DNA of 64,000 nucleotides, from assembly GCF_030144855.1 (NCBI RefSeq), contig NC_082710.1:121148001-121212000 (forward strand), given 5' to 3'. A program made the position numbers and the translations under genes. Origin of the DNA: Hypanus sabinus (lineage: Eukaryota). This document shows positions 13,485 through 24,395 of this stretch, piece by piece (position 1 is the stretch's first letter; every line of letters starts with the position of its first letter). Below the pieces are notes generated by a model, which was given only the letters and a program-made list of their open reading frames with translations, ran no database searches and was not told the DNA's origin.

Positions 13485-13683
13485 TTGTTGTTGTTGAGTG
13501 CCATCAAATCATCATTGACTCATGGCAACACAACGGATGGTGTAGCTGTCCATAGGGTTGTCATGACAAGATACGGAAACAGATTGCTAGGCCTTTCTTC
13601 CATGCAGATACTGCTGCTGCCCAGGTTGGGACCCCATCCACCTCGAAGTCTAGTGCTGATGTCACTACACCAGCAGGGTGCCC
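13485..13683 (-). mobile_element. tRNA-headed SINE with RTE-type 3' tail and (CAA)n end
   Basis: Minus strand: A-box-like TGGTGTAGTGA; 3' end 'gttgccatgagtcaatgatgatttgatggcactcaacaacaacaa', typical of RTE/BovB-class termini. Confidence 0.7.
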
Positions 13684-13685
13684 AG

Positions 13686-14000
13686 AAGTAAAGATTAGAT
13701 TAACATTATTTGTCTCATGTATGTTAAAACATTGAAGCATACAGTGACATATAGGCAATGACCTATGACCAACAGTCCAAGCATGGGCTGCACTCAGCCC
13801 ATAAGAGTCAGCACACCTATGTGTTAACAAAGCATGCCCACAACTTACTAACCCTAAGCTGTATGTCTTTAGAATATGGGTAGAAATCAGAGCACCTGTA
13901 GAAAATCCAAGTGGTCATGGGGAGAATGTCCAAACTCCTTAGAGACCATGGGAAGAACTGAACTCCAATCGCTGATCAACTTATGCTAACTTCTATCCTA
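13686..14000 (-). mobile_element. V-SINE with Rex1/Babar-type tail
   Basis: Minus strand: B-box-like 'ggagttcagttc', V-domain 'ggtgctctgatttctacccatattctaaagacat', tail 'tacatgagacaaataatgttaatctaatct'. Confidence 0.65.
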
Positions 14001-16354
14001 ACATCAAGTCCATTATTATGAATGAGTTTTTGGGGTACCTGGAGACATACAATAAAATAATTCAAAGTCTGCATAGTTTCCTAAAGGGAAACATTGTCCG
14101 ATGAATCTGTTGGAAATCTTCGAAGAAGTAACAGCCAAAATAGATAAAGGAGAGTCAGTGGATGTTGTTTTCTTGGGTTGAAAGAAGACTTTTGACAAGA
14201 TTACACACATCAGACAGCTAAACAAGATATGAGCCCATCATATTACAGTAAAGATTGTAGTATGAATAGAAGATTTGCTGACTGGCAGAAGGCAACGAGA
14301 AGGAATAAAGGACTAACACAAAAATGGGTGGAGGATCAGGAAGTGTTGAGGAAACAGGAAGTCTACAGAAATATTGGGACAGATCGCAAGTTTGGGCAAA
14401 AAAAGTAGCAGATTGAATGCAATGTATGGAAGTGTATGGCCAAACATTTTGGTAGAAGGAATAAAGACATGGACTATTTTCAAAGTAGTTTCCAAATTTA
14501 GAAACTGGAGATGCAAAGGGACTTGGATGTTCTAGTGCAGGATTTCCTGAAGTTGAACCTACAGATTGAGTCGGTGGTGAAGAAGGCAAATTCAAAGTTA
14601 TCAATCATTTCAAGAGGATTAGAATATAAAAGCAAAATCTTTGATACTGATACTTAATAAGGGATTAGTCAGAACTCATTTGGAGTATGGTGAGCAATTT
14701 TGGGCCCTTTATCTAAAGAAGGATGTGCTGGCATGAGAGAAGGTCCAAAGGATGTGTACAAGAATGATTCCAGGAATGAACGGGTTAATAAATGAGGAGT
14801 AGTTGATGGGTTTGGGTTTGTACTCACTGGAGTTTAAAAGAATGAGATGGAATTTCATTGAAATGAACGCAAATATTGAAAGGACCAGTTAGACTGGTTC
14901 CGGAGGGGTTACTTTCAATAGTGGTAGAGTTTAGGAGCAGAGGACATAGACTCAGAATAGAAGGCTATTAGAGTTGACATGAAGAGGAATTTCTTTAGTG
15001 GTGAATCCAAGGGATTCATTGCCACCGATGGCTGTGTAGGCCAGTTCATGGGGTCTCTTTAAAGCAGGGTTTGATAGGTTCTTGAGTAGTAAGGATATCA
15101 AAGATTACATGAAGACAGTTAAATAGAGTTAAGAGGTAATGTACATCAATCATGATCAAATGGCAGAGCAGATTCAATGGGCCCAATGGCCTGATTCTGC
15201 TTCTAAGTCTTATGATCATGGTCTTACTTTAGTTAAATATAGTCATGCTTATTTTATTAACTTCATTGTTATTTGCATCTTAAATTCCTTTCATGGTGCA
15301 TTATCAAAAGCTTTCGATAGACTATAAACTATATTCACCATTGCTGGTGAACAGGCAGCCGACATAGGTTTCAGTAATGCATATGACCCAAGAGGAGTTA
15401 AACTATTTTCTACCATCACCATAACTAAAGTATGAGGGAGGATACTTAGTCTTCTTTTTTAGATGTCCATCCTCTCCAACATACTAGTTAAATCAACAAT
15501 TATTGATGTTTTAAATAGTGGTGGATTATTTTAATTGTAATAAATAATACTGTGGAATATATCTCTGGTAAACTATGAGTGATAATGATCAGTTGCTGTA
15601 TAATTGATTATGTAATAATTTATTGACTATGGATGAGATACTTTGAAGAATTCTGATAATTTTGATACTTGCCATGTGTAAAAGAATTTACTGTTTTAAA
15701 TAAAAATCTATTCTGTATGTACCACCTGAACACATTGAAAATGCTACATATTGGTTGAGAACGCCTCCTTCAAGTTACTTGTTATAATTATCATTAGTCA
15801 TCAGCAATCATTCTGTGTTCTTAAAATGAAGTAAAATCTCTTGATGTACTGTATATATAAAAAAATCATTAACTGATCATGGGTAATGACTAAATTAAGC
15901 AAAAGATGCTACATTTTTAGTCGATATGTAAATCTTAATAATTATTTGAAGGATACAAATGCCATTAAATGCACCAACAGTTTTCTGTTTGTTAATAAAT
16001 AAGTAGTCTTCAATTAACAGAAGCATGTTTTGCAATTAAACCTGTGTTCATCCAAAAGTCAGCAAACTATGGAATAGATAGTTATTCCCTTTCTTTTATA
16101 ATAGTTTGCATAATAAACTAGACAATAAAATAAGAAAGTAGTGACTGATGATTTAAAAAGCAGTTTTGCCAATGGACCCTAGAGATATAACACAAACATC
16201 TCAAAAATGATATATGCGCTACCTAGCAGATGGTTCATTTCTGATGACTGCTTGACTGACATCCATTTAATTACAGCCAAGCATGAATGGTAACTGAATT
16301 TCATAAGAACTACTCAACAGTGCAGATGCAACCCAGAGTTGTCAGGCAACAAAT

Positions 16355-16735
16355 GGAAAGATTTGCATATATATAGAACCATACCATATCTCTCATAAAG
16401 TTCTAAATGCACTTCAAATATATTGAATTACTACTAAGTGAAGTCATTGTTGGTGTTTGGATAAAACTGACAGCTATTCTGTGCACTTTGAAGTTTCTAC
16501 AAATAGCAATGAGATTTGTTTTTATTTTTTTAGTATTGAAGTAAAAATGTGGCTCAGGACACCAGATATGTTCCTGTTTAGCAGTTTTATAATTTTTTAA
16601 CGCCTACCTGAACCAAATTAGGTTTCAGTGTCACATTTGATCTGAAGGTCAACATCAGCTCAATATAGCATTCCATCAGTAAATTCTTCATTACTACCAG
16701 GATAGATTTTTTGTGATTTACAACCCATAGTAGAA
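16355..16735 (-). mobile_element. Ancient DeuSINE (SacSINE1/AmnSINE1-related), highly decayed
   Basis: Order of motifs 'atttgcatatatatag', 'gtcattgttg', 'caaatagcaatgag', 'aatgtggctcaggacacc', 'cctacctga', 'catttgatctgaagg', 'gcattccatcagta' follows the shark DeuSINE consensus as I recall it. Confidence 0.5.
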
Positions 16736-17059
16736 AAAAAAAGGCCATAAAATCAATCTTTTTTTCCATATACTTGCTGAAGTAACTGGTAAAGGCATTT
16801 GGGTCTGTGTTAATTTCAGCTGACATCATCCTGGTGTCATCAGTGGGAGGTCCAAATCACATTGATGTCCAGATTTCTGTTGAACCCAGTGCCTATATTA
16901 ATTATTGATTCTGCCACTCATCAAGTTGGAGGATAGTATCAGTACCTACTAGCTAAATTTCATCATTTGGAATAAGAATGAACCATACTGGATGTAAATA
17001 AATCAAGAACATGTAATGGTGTGGGAGCTGGCCTGGATACAGGTTATAGTGCTGTTCTG

Positions 17060-17395
17060 TTTCAAGTTTTTTTTCTACTGAGGTTAGGGGAGTAAAAAGC
17101 TAGAGGACATAGGTTAAGGGTGAAGGGGGGAAGTTTAAATGGAACATTGAGGGGGGGTGGGCTTCTTCACACACAGAGTGGTGGGAGTGTGGAATGAGCT
17201 GCCAGATGAAGTGGTAAATGCGGGCTCACGTTTAACACTTTTAACATTTAAGAAAAACTTGGATAGGTATATGGATGACAAGTGTATGGAGGGATATGGT
17301 CCAGGTGCAGGTCAGTGGGACTAGGCAGAAAAATGGTTCAGCAAAGCCAAGAAGGGCCAAAGGGCCTGTTTCTGTGCGGTAATGTTCTATGGTTA
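17060..17395 (+). mobile_element. CR1 3' end
   Basis: 'ctagaggacataggttaagggtgaagggggg...cagagtggtgggagtgtggaatgagctgcc...gggccaaagggcctgtttctgtgcggtaatgttctatgg'. Confidence 0.8.
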
Positions 17396-17442
17396 ATGTC
17401 AAGATGAGTTATGGCTTTTTTGTTGAGAAAAATCAAGGTGAA

Positions 17443-18250
17443 TCAAAGGTTCAAGAGGTTAATTTTATTATCAAGGTATGCATGTGCAATACACTCTGAT
17501 ATTCTTTTCCAGATAGCCTTGAAATATAGAAAAACAACATCCATTATTAAGGACTTCTAGCACCCAGTGCATGCCCTTTCCTTACTGTTACCATCTGCAG
17601 GAGGTACAGAAGCCTGAAGTCACACACTCAGCAATTCAGGAACAGCATCTTCCCCTCCCCACCCAACTCCTAAATGAACATTGATCCTGTGAACATTACC
17701 TCACCTTTTTAATATATATTATTTCTGGTTTATTTTTGCATGCATGAGTTTTAATCTATTCAATATATGTATACTGTAATTGATTCACTTATTCATTATT
17801 ATTATTGTTTTATTATTTTAATATTTTTCTTCTTTTTCTATATTATGTATTCCATTGAACTGCTGCCTCTAAGCTAACAAATTTCATGACACATGCCAGT
17901 GGTAATAAATCTGATTCTGAAAACCATGGGAGTAATTGAAAGACATTAAAAAAGACATTAACTTTCCACAAACTCAAACCCCAAAACCCCCACCCTGTCC
18001 ATTGCACAAATAAAAACTAACGGATCACTACATGGAAAATGGCAGCTAGAACATCAGAAACCCCAAATCCCCCACCCCCTCCCTGGCAAAATCAGCAATA
18101 ATAACATTAACTCCCCAAACCCCTCCCCCACTGCAAAGAACAGTGACAATATCATCAAATCACCCAATCCCCCCCCAACACAAAAACAAAAAACTAACAG
18201 AATGTCTTCACAGAAAAACACCAACCAGAACACCAGACCCCAGATCTTCA
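17443..18250 (-). mobile_element. Non-coding element with Rex/Babar-type tail and G-run-rich body, split by a plus-strand Rex insertion
   Basis: Reverse tail 'aaaggttcaagaggttaattttattatcaaggtatg' at 17445; imperfect C-rich repeats at 17975-18245. Confidence 0.4.
17535..17921 (+). mobile_element. Rex1/Babar 3' end
   Basis: 'catccattattaaggac..cacccagtgcatgcc..ggaggtacagaagcctgaag..ttcaggaacagc'; tail 'aataaatctgattctga'. Confidence 0.75.
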
Positions 18251-18394
18251 AGTCCTCCCTCTCATAGATATAGGAGTGAGAGGGAGGGACAGCCAGTGGA
18301 TAGTAGGTTTACACTTAAGAAGTTTGAATCTTCTCTTCATTTGGAGTTCAGTTAAACCATCTCTCACTACCCCGCTGAGATCTCTGATGCCTTC

Positions 18395-18612
18395 CACCTT
18401 TTTCTCCAACCTTTTCCATCCACCTGGCTTCACCTATCACCTTCCAGCCAGCATCCTTCCCCCCCCACCTTTTTATTCTGGTGTCCTCCCCCTTAATTCT
18501 CTGGATGGACGAAGGATCTCGAGCCAAACGTTGATTGTTTATTCATTTCCATAGATGATGCTTAAGCTGCTGAGTTCCACCAGCATTTTGTCTGTGTTTC
18601 TTTGGATCTCAT
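18395..18612 (+). mobile_element. Penelope-like element 3' region with decayed hammerhead
   Basis: Pyrimidine-rich UTR, then 'gacgaaggatctcgagccaaacgttgattg...ctgctgagttccaccagcattttg'; homologous to 30.4-30.7 kb. Confidence 0.65.
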
Positions 18613-18849
18613 GTTGCTTTTGAACAACATGGCTTCATAACTTTAGCCGAAACTGAAACAATCTACCAGCAGGACACACTGCTTTTCCAGAAAACAACTA
18701 AAATAAAATCTCTACCAGCATAGCAGTAGATATCTTAACCATGGCATTACATTTTGAGGCAAATTTTGTCCAAATGAGAACATTGTCCAAGTCAAAACTT
18801 CTTTTATCAAACTGGGGTAATGACCTTTTTGTTTCTACATCCATTCAAG

Positions 18850-19500
18850 GGAAGTGTGTTTTGCTGACTGATCTGGCATTTAATTGCCCATCCATAGCAC
18901 ACCCTTGAAAAAAAGTGGTTCTGAATTTCAGTCTTGAACACTTGCCATCCTTGTGTACCCACAAGGATAGGAAGTGTGTGTGTACCCACAATTCGGTTAA
19001 AGAGAGAATTCCAAGATTTTGACCCCACACTAATGGAGGAATGGTGGCACAGATCCAAATCAAAAGAGTTGCTTGGTAGACTACTTCCAGGTGGTGGAGT
19101 TCCCATGGTTTTGCTGAACCTAGCTCCTTATCTTGTAGAAATGGTGAGTTTGGAAGATGCTATCTAAGGAGTATTGGGAACGTCGTGCATGCTCTATATC
19201 ATGTAAAATGTTGCCAATGTGCATTGATGGTGTTGTGAATAGATGGTTGTGGATGTATTGCCTAACAAGGAGGCTATAAGTCCAGTATAGTGCTGAACTT
19301 CTTGAACATTATTGAAGCTGCACTCACCTAGCTAAGTGTAGAGTTTTCTATCACACTCCTGACTTGAGCCTTGTATATTATGAACAAGCGTTAAAGGCAT
19401 AAATTACTATTCACAATTTAATACCATGCAGAATTCCTAGCAGCTGACCTGGTTTTGGAGCTGCATTTTCTACATGGCTACTCCAGTTCTGTTTCTGAAT
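18850..19500 (-). mobile_element. Old CR1-type LINE 3' fragment
   Basis: ORF 18807..19106 'GSKSWNSL..IVG..' and reverse motifs 'tcacactcctgacttgagccttgta' resemble an older shark CR1 lineage. Confidence 0.5.
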
Positions 19501-19559
19501 GCTTGGAGTCAATGAATGCCCCATTAAATAATATTTTCAGATATCATTTCTGGCCAGTG

Positions 19560-20518
19560 CACTCATATCACACTTTTACCCATAAGTAGTGTCATATTTC
19601 CACTAAAATCATGTACACAATGAAATGGGTCTTCCAAAAAATAGTGTTGCTAGAATTTTTCCTCTTTAGTACAAACATTAAAAATTAGCTTGATTTTCCT
19701 GAAGCAATGTTGAGAAAGATTACACTGAAGTGCCAATAACAGTTGTTCAGATTTTTTTTAAAGTGTTGCTTCCTTAAAAATCATTCTTTGTTTATGATAC
19801 ACCACTTAAAGTGGAGCACAATTTAACTTCAGGTTGCTTGTATCAGGTAGGAATTTTGAGAACCAAAAAATTAACTTTTATTGAATACAATGGCATTACT
19901 TGCATAACAGTGTTGACATTTTGCAATAGTTCAACTGAGCTAAAATGTTTTGTTGCTGATTTTCATTTCATTGTAGTCCATGTCTGAGGCTTCTTGCTGA
20001 AGTATCCACCAATAATTAGCTAGCATCAATGGACTCCAATTGCCCTGATAATATTTCTCCATGACCGCAAAGTCCCGATGGAACCTTTCACCATGCTTGT
20101 CACTGACAGTGTCAAGATTAACAGGGGAGAAGTCTAAATGGGAAAGCTGAAAATTAATCATTAGTGACAGGTTGCACTTTGCAATATTGTATACCTGAAG
20201 CATGTTTCAATCAACTGCACATTGTTTGTTGCTCTGTAGTTGCTTTGAATAAATTCCATATGATTTTCTCTGGTCCTACTAGAAGTTCTTTTAGTTTTCT
20301 GTCATTGATGATCTGTTTGAATCCTGGACCAACAAAAATGCTTTCCTTAATCTTGCCATCAGTTATTCTGAATTGAATTATGAATTGAAATAACAAACAG
20401 GCAACTTCAAAAATGGTGGATGATAGGGAAATTTCATGATGATTTTTACGATCAGCAGTCTAAAATCCATAAGGTAAATCCCAAAGTACTCATGAAGCAA
20501 AATCTTTGCGATCTAGTG
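19560..20518 (-). mobile_element. Internally deleted DNA transposon, probably Sola-type; transposase C-terminal relic
   Basis: ORFs give KIKESIFVGP (20211..20396) and SHLDFSP.NL..VSDKHGERFH.D...MEK.YQGNWSP.MLA.YWW (19940..20203); termini CACT.../...AGTG. Superfamily label is tentative. Confidence 0.65.
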
Positions 20519-20732
20519 AAACAGAGGTCTGGCTGATACACTGTGGATCAGTTAAGACAATTTTCTGATACTGAACTCCATTAGTCAACGAGCCCATTAG
20601 TGGCTTTAGGTTCTAACAGCATAGTGAAAGTCTGCTCGGAGAAGATCAAATTTTCAACCCTTTGTACACATCCTTGTAAATATCTTGGTAAACAAAGATA
20701 TATCAGAAAAAGATGTAAAAAGGTTATAACAG

Positions 20733-20734
<2 letters not shown>

Positions 20735-20768
<34 letters not shown>
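20735..20768. repeat. (AT)17 microsatellite
   Basis: Read directly. Confidence 0.9.
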
Positions 20769-20771
<3 letters not shown>

Positions 20772-20934
20772 GATTGAATTTGCAGAAGTTGTAAGATTAT
20801 AATAAAATATGTGTCTGAGTGAGAAAGGATCTGCCAAATAAAGTATAATGTGAGAAAATAAAGAATTACCCATTTTGTCAGGACAAAAATGTTTTCTATC
20901 CAAATATTAAGTAGTTTCAGTAAGGTCAACCAGT

Positions 20935-23555
20935 CCATAGAACCACAGATCCATAGAACACTACAGCACAGTACAGGCCCTTTAGCCCTCCATGTTGTGC
21001 CGACCCATATAATCCTTAAAAATGTATTAAACCCACACTACCCCATAACCCTCTATTTTCTTTCATCCATGTGCCTGTCCAAGAGGGTGTTAAATACCCC
21101 TAATGTTTTAGCCTCCACCATCATCCCTGGCAAGTCATTCCAGGCACTCACAATCCTCTGTGTAAAAAACTTACCCCTGATGTCTCCCCTAAGCTTCCCT
21201 CCCTTAATTTTGTACATATGCCCTCTGGAGTTTGCTATTGGTACCCTGGGAAACAAGTACTGACTATCCACCCTATCTATGCCTCTCATAATCTGGTAGA
21301 CCTCTATCAAGTCCCCTCTCATTCCTCTATGCTCCAAAGAGAAAAGTCCCTGCTCTGCTAACCTTGCTTCATATGACTTATTCTCCAAACCAGGCAACAT
21401 CATGGTAAATCTCGTCTGCACCCTCTCCATAGCTTCCTCATCCTTCCTATAATGAGGTGACCAGAATTGAACACAATACTCTAAGTGTGGTCTCACCAGA
21501 GATTTGTAGAGTTGCAACATGACCTCTCTATTCTTGAACTCAATCCCCCGTTAATGAAGCCTAGCATCCCATAGGCCTTCTTAACTACCCTATCAACCTG
21601 TGCAATGACCTTAAGGGATGTATGGATTTGAACCACAAGGTCCCTTTGTTCATCCACACTCTTAAGTAACTGACCATTAATCCTGTACTCAGTCTTCTGG
21701 TTTGTCCTTCCAAAATGCATCACCTCACACTTATCCGGATTGAACTCCATCTGCCATTTTTCTGCCCAACTCTGCAGCCTGTGAATATCCTCTTGTAACC
21801 TTCGACAACCTGTAGCTCCATCCACAACTCCTCCAATCTTCGTGTCATCCGCAAATTTACTCACCCATCCTTCCGCCTCTACATTCAGGTCATTTATAAA
21901 AATCACAAATAGCAGGGATCCCAGGACAGATCCCTGCGGCATTCCACTAGTCACCGACCTCCAGGCAGAATACTTTCCTTCCACAACTACCCTCTGCTTT
22001 CTTTCTTTTTTTTTAAAAACTTTTTTTTATTGCATTTTTAAATGGTTACAAAGTATAAAAAAACAATGTATATAACCCTTACCCCCTCCCCTTAACCCCT
22101 CCCCCCTAACTGCCCTATAGAAAAAAAAGAAAGAAAGAAAGAAAGAAAGAATGCCTGGTTGTTGGAAGATCTCCACATGCTCCATGGAATTCGTAATAAC
22201 TTTAATATGTATATTTATTTCTTTCCCCTAATAACCAATTGTTTCATCTTCAGAGCATCTATATATTTAATCCTGTCTTTTGTAAATAAGGGCTCCAAAT
22301 TTTCAGAAATGTTTCATATTTATCTCTTAAATTATAAGTAATTTTTTCTAATGGAATACAACCATAGATTTCTTTCTTCCAAGAATCTATACTTAAATGT
22401 GTATCCGATTTCCAAGTAACTGCAATAGCTTTTTTGGCTACTGCCAGTGCAATTTTTATAAATTCTTTCTGATACTTATTTAGTTTGAGTTTCGGTTTTA
22501 TCCCTTCAATATCACCTAGTAAAAATAATAATTCTTTCTTAAGCCAATTTTTTATCCAAACAGCCAATGTTCCACTAATCCCATGCCTCATGACTTTCTG
22601 GATGAGTCTCTCATGAGGGACCTTGTCAAATGCCTTGCTAAAGTCCATGTAGACCACATCCACTGCCCTACCCACATTAATTTCTTTTGTAACCTCTTCT
22701 CATACCCCCTTTGAGCTCTCCTAAGTCCTTTCTTTAGCTCCTTCCTGGCTCCCCAATATTTCTTATGAGCCGCTCCTATTTCCTGCTTCTTTTATCTAAC
22801 ATTGACGAATTGCCTCACGTGTTTCGTCAGCCACGGTTCCCTTTCCCTACTATTTTTTTCCTTACCTCAGTGGGACAAACCTATCCTGTACCCAGCTCAA
22901 GTGGTCCCTAAACTTCTCCCACATTACTTCTGTGCTTTCCCCTTTGAACATCTGTTTCTAATTTACTCTCGCTAGTTCCTGCCTCATCCCTTCAAAGTTA
23001 GCCCTTCCCCAGTTAAGCACTTTACCATTTTATCTGATTTTATCCCCTTCCATAGCTATGCTGAAGGGAGTTGTGGTCACTCTCACAAAAATGCTCCCCC
23101 ACCAAGAGGTCTGTCACCTGACCAGGTTCATTCCCCAGAACTAGATCCAGTATAGCCTCTCCTCTCGTCAGCCGGTCCACATACTGTATCAGGAAACCTT
23201 CTTGAACACACCTAACAAATTCAGCCCCATCTTCCCCCTTGCACTCAGGAGGTGCCAGCCAATATGAGGGAAGTTGAAATCACCCATAACTACTACCCTG
23301 TATTTTGTGCACCATTCTAAAATCTGCCTACTTATTTGCTCCTCGGTGTCCCGAGGGCTATTTGGGGGCCTATAGACTACTCCCAGCACAGTGATTGATC
23401 CCTTCCTATTTCTGACTTCCACCCAGACCAACTCAGTGGACACTCCCTCTGCAGCGTCCTCCCTTTCTATAGCCGTGATACTATCCTTGACCAGCAATGC
23501 CACTCCCCCCGCCTTTTCTACCTCCCATCCTATTCCTTTTAAAACACCTGAACTG
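20935..23555 (-). mobile_element. Relatively young CR1 LINE (APE endonuclease + RT + 3' end), with an internal deletion near 22700 and an L1 insertion
   Basis: ORFs: VYRPPNS..VMGDFNFP (23189..23503), VDVVYMDFSKAFDKVPH, GMPQGSVLG..KFADDTK (21493..21984), LYKSLVRPHLEYCVQFWSP (21053..21520); terminal (CATAGAAC)n. Confidence 0.9.
22008..22531 (-). mobile_element. 5'-truncated L1-clade LINE with poly(A) tail and 9-bp TSD
   Basis: L1 ORF2 C-terminus (AKKAIAVTWK..W..LEKITY.LR.K...F.KIWSPYL); T-tract at ~22008-22030; TTCTTTCTT at 21999-22007 and 22532-22540. Confidence 0.8.
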
Positions 23556-24067
23556 AAATGATATAGAAATCTTGTAAATTCAATATCATTGATTTTTCAA
23601 AGAGAAGAAGGAATGCTTTTGAAAGACACCAGAAGATGTGATATAAGACCATTATAGATATCATATCCATCTGGTGTATTTAGACAACAGTTCCTCTGTC
23701 TCAACCTCAACACCTATACAACATAATTAGCAGATGTCTGGAAATTTTAGCTGACAGACAATGACCCAGGACTTGATGAAGTGTCAGTGCAGAATTTAAA
23801 ACTGCTCTCAATGTCTGTGAATTCTGCAGAAGTCTGAGGATATGCGCCTCCTTATTCTGTTAAGGCGAAGGGAAGTAGCTAGTGATTGTCTTCAAATGGA
23901 TGTTTGCCATAATTCAATAGCTGGCAGCATGTATCTTCTGTAGGGTGTGGGCATTTGGTCCATGGCAGTGCTAGATATCAGAAAATGTCATGTTATTTAT
24001 GTATTAGATTAAATCTTAATTGATAGAGATTGTTGGAAGGTAAGCAATGAGGGTGAGTGTACTGAGA

Positions 24068-24395
24068 CAAAAGATAAAGGTAAAGATTGGCTACATTTAC
24101 CAAATACACAGTACAATGAGACATTGAAAAATACAGTGAAAAGCATTGTTTTGTGTCAACAACCAACGTCGTCTGAGGACGAGGCAGCCCGCAAGTGTTG
24201 CCGCACTACCACCACCAACCTAGCATGCCCACAAGTCACTAACCATATCCCTAAATCGTTGGAATGTGGATGAAAAGTGGAGTACCCAGAAGAAACTTAA
24301 CACTGTTGGGTGTGAACATATATCAGCAGGGAACTGAACTTCATTCGGCGTCACTGGCATTGTAAAGCGATTGCACTAGCCATAACACTGTGGTG
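24068..24395 (-). mobile_element. V-SINE with Rex1/Babar-type tail
   Basis: Same architecture as 13686-14000: 'gcagcccgcaagtgttgcc', 'gcatgcccacaa', 'ggaatgtggatgaaaagtggagtaccc'. Confidence 0.6.

Larger units (their letters stand above)
12505..15225 (+). mobile_element. CR1 LINE (EN end, RT and 3' end), decayed, split by SINE insertions at 13485-14000
   Basis: 'gcaggggatttcaat' (GDFN), 'gataaaggagagtcagtggatgttg', 'ttggagtatggtgagcaattttgggcccctt', terminal 'gggcccaatggcctgattctgcttctaagtcttatgatcatggtctta'. Confidence 0.8.

Noticed and set aside
20654-20938. ORFs with IYIYIY runs (also 12801..13088)
   Set aside because: Artefacts of (AT)n microsatellites.
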